A stretch of 23,096 nt of DNA from Octopus sinensis (lineage: Eukaryota), in NCBI RefSeq assembly GCF_006345805.1, contig NW_021836634.1, positions 1 through 23,096 on the forward strand, in the 5' to 3' direction. Both the position numbers and the translations under genes were made by a program. Positions 20,941 through 23,096 of the stretch are shown here, one piece after another. Numbering within the stretch: position 1 is the stretch's first letter; every line of letters starts with the position of its first letter. Below the pieces are notes generated by a model that saw nothing but the letters and a program-made list of their open reading frames with translations, did not search any database and was not told the origin of the DNA.

Positions 20941-21200
20941 ATATATATATATTATATATATGTATATATATATATATACACCACACACACACACATTTAT
21001 ATGTATAGATAAGTATGTATATGTATATGTATGGATATACATAACTACACAATATGTTTACATCAGCATATGTAGTCATTTTTATATGTATAAATTATAT
21101 ACGTAATACATATACACATTATATATTGTATGTATAGCATCACTATTGTATATAAAATGTGTACGTACGTATGTATGTATGTGTGTGTATATGTATGTAC

Positions 21201-21255
<55 letters not shown>

Positions 21256-21383
21256 TGTATGTTATATAGTATGTATAATTATACCACATACTCACACAAA
21301 AATCATTGGATGAATACATGTGTGTGTATGTTTATATATACATACACATACTCTTACACAACACACACATGCATATACATATA

Positions 21384-21416
<33 letters not shown>

Positions 21417-21420
21417 AAAC
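20670..21420. repeat. (TG)n/(TA)n/(TATG)n microsatellite block
   Basis: Direct inspection. Confidence 0.95.
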
Positions 21421-21699
21421 ACAACAGACACTCACACCTACATACTGACAAGCATAAAGAGAGACAGACACAAAGATAATGGTGTTGGTGGTGGACCATT
21501 ATGACATAAAAACAAACACACCATTCCTAGAAACAAGCCCCTTTCACCCCCCACCCAACCCCCAACCCCGACCCCCTTTCACCCCCACATTAAATATAAA
21601 AAATGCCAGCAGATAAAGTTTTCCCATATAATCCTTAAGATTTGCTGGTAACAAAAAAAAGAATTGTCTTTTATGCAAGGGATCACCCTCGATTGGGCG

Positions 21700-22320
21700 G
21701 TGGTGGCAGCAGTGGTGAGGACGATGTTGTCAGTGATGGTGGTGGTGGTAGTGGTGTTGGTGGTAATGGTGGTGGTGGTGGTGGTGGTGGTGGTAGTGGT
21801 GTTGGTGGTAATGGTAATTGTGGTGGTGGTGGTAGTGGTGGTGGTGGTGGTAGTGATGGTTATTGTGGTTGAGGTGGTGTTTATTGATGATACTTGCTAT
21901 TCTTTTTGTACTTATGGTGTTTGTTGTAGTAGTGGTGGTAGTTGTGGCGAATGTGTTTGTTGTTGTTGTTATTGTTCGTTGAAGGTGATGGTGTTGTTGG
22001 CTGTAGTAGTATCAGTGGTGATCTTTTTGGCTGTGGTGATGGGACTGGTTGTTGTGGTTGTGGTTGTAGTAGTGGTGATGTTGGTGGTGGTACTAGCATC
22101 AGTAATAGAGTTGGTGGTAGTAGTCATGGTTGAAGTAGTAGTGGTGGTTATGGTAGTGACGATGACAGTGGTGGCAGTAGTAGTTGTGGTAGTGGTTGTA
22201 GTGATGGTGGTTGTGTGACTGATGATAGTAGCACTAGTTGTTGCTGTTGTAGTAGAAGTGGTGGTTGTCATCCTGGTCATCATCATGGTAGTCATGGTTA
22301 TTGTTGCAATGACTGACAAA
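21700..22320. repeat. Degenerate (GGT/GTA/GTT)n tract
   Basis: Direct inspection. Confidence 0.9.
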
Positions 22321-22330
22321 GTAGTGGTGT

Positions 22331-22826
22331 TGTGCCACCAAGCCATACTGTAATACACTGCATTACTACTGCACTTTGTGCTACAAATCAATGCTGGAAT
22401 ACACTGCATTACTACTGCACTTTGTGCCACCAAGCAATACTGGAATACACTGCATTAATACTGCACTCTGTGCCACCAAGCAATACTGTAATACTCTGCA
22501 TAACTACTGCACTTTGTGCCATCAAGCAATGCTGGAATACACTGCATTAATACTGCACTTTGTTCCACTAAGCATTGCTGTAATACACTGCATTAATACT
22601 GCACTTTGTTCCACTAAGCATTGCTGTAATACACTGCATTAATACTGCATTACTACTGCACTGTGCTGCCAAGCAATGCTGGAATACACTGCTTTAATAC
22701 TGTGCAGTACTGCCAAGCAGTGCTGGAATGCAGTGCATTAATACTACACTTTGTGCCACCAAGCAATGCTGGAGTACAGTGTTAATATTGTATGGCACTA
22801 CCAAGCAATGCTGTAATACAATGTAC
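22331..22826. repeat. 46-bp minisatellite, ~11 copies
   Basis: Unit TGTGCCACCAAGCAATGCTGGAATACACTGCATTAATACTGCACTT; starts at 22331 and 22377 give the period; copies decay towards 22826. Confidence 0.9.
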
Positions 22827-22985
22827 TTCAAGGTGGAACTCCAGCTTGGCCACAATACAATGATTGAAACCATTGAAAGAGTTAAAAAAGTAGTCTTGAA
22901 AAACACAAATGGATGGTCACATTTAATAAGGTAGTCCTAGATACACTGTGTCAAAAAAAAAAGAGTAAAGAAAAGGACCACCTAC

Positions 22986-23096
22986 TTCCTGCTGCAGCAC
23001 TTTTGGTCAGCAGTCTTCAAGATCAGGAACTGACTCTCAGCCAAATCAGACCAACATTGCTTAGCACATGGCTCTCCATTACAGAACTCCAATGTT
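22986..23096 (-). CDS. Exon running off the window edge: TLEFCNGEPCAKQCWSDLAESQFLILKTADQKCCSR(K)
   Basis: The only open frame of three on the minus strand ends at a strong donor GAA|gtaggt in phase 2. Confidence 0.6.

Noticed and set aside
22331-22826. CRISPR-like array
   Set aside because: It is a pure tandem repeat without unique spacers, in a eukaryotic context with no cas genes.
221-22934. Dozens of ORF-track entries (poly-I, poly-[13 protein letters not shown], poly-V/G/T)
   Set aside because: They are translations of di- and trinucleotide microsatellites that lack stop codons in some frames; no evidence of coding.

Overview
AT-rich, microsatellite-saturated animal genomic DNA. The SINE families and repeat landscape look like a coleoid cephalopod, most likely Octopus; this is recognised from memory, not from a database search. 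Most ORFs in the supplied track are translations of (CA)n, (TA)n, (CAT)n, (AAT)n and (CAC)n tracts and are not genes. The window appears to be mostly intronic sequence of one minus-strand multi-exon gene that I cannot name. It has small GT-AG exons at about 22986-23096, 18874-18905, 17817-18106, 16944-17053, 16419-16478, 9170-9312 and 8279-8325, with weaker candidates at 2211-2334 and 232-272. The introns hold many tRNA-derived SINEs, (ATG)n-tailed SINE-like elements, (TAA)n-tailed LINE 3' ends and minisatellites. The best signals are: (1) a complete type I hammerhead ribozyme at 2557-2617 (+) inside a ~330-bp Penelope-like/retrozyme-like unit; (2) a young 382-bp RTE-derived non-autonomous element with a 10-bp target-site duplication, 12-bp complementarity between its 5' and 3' parts, and an in-frame ATG-to-donor cassette 110 nt from a host exon; (3) a recent inverted-duplication scar next to a SINE insertion. 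No prokaryotic-type system, CRISPR array, rRNA or true tRNA gene is present.
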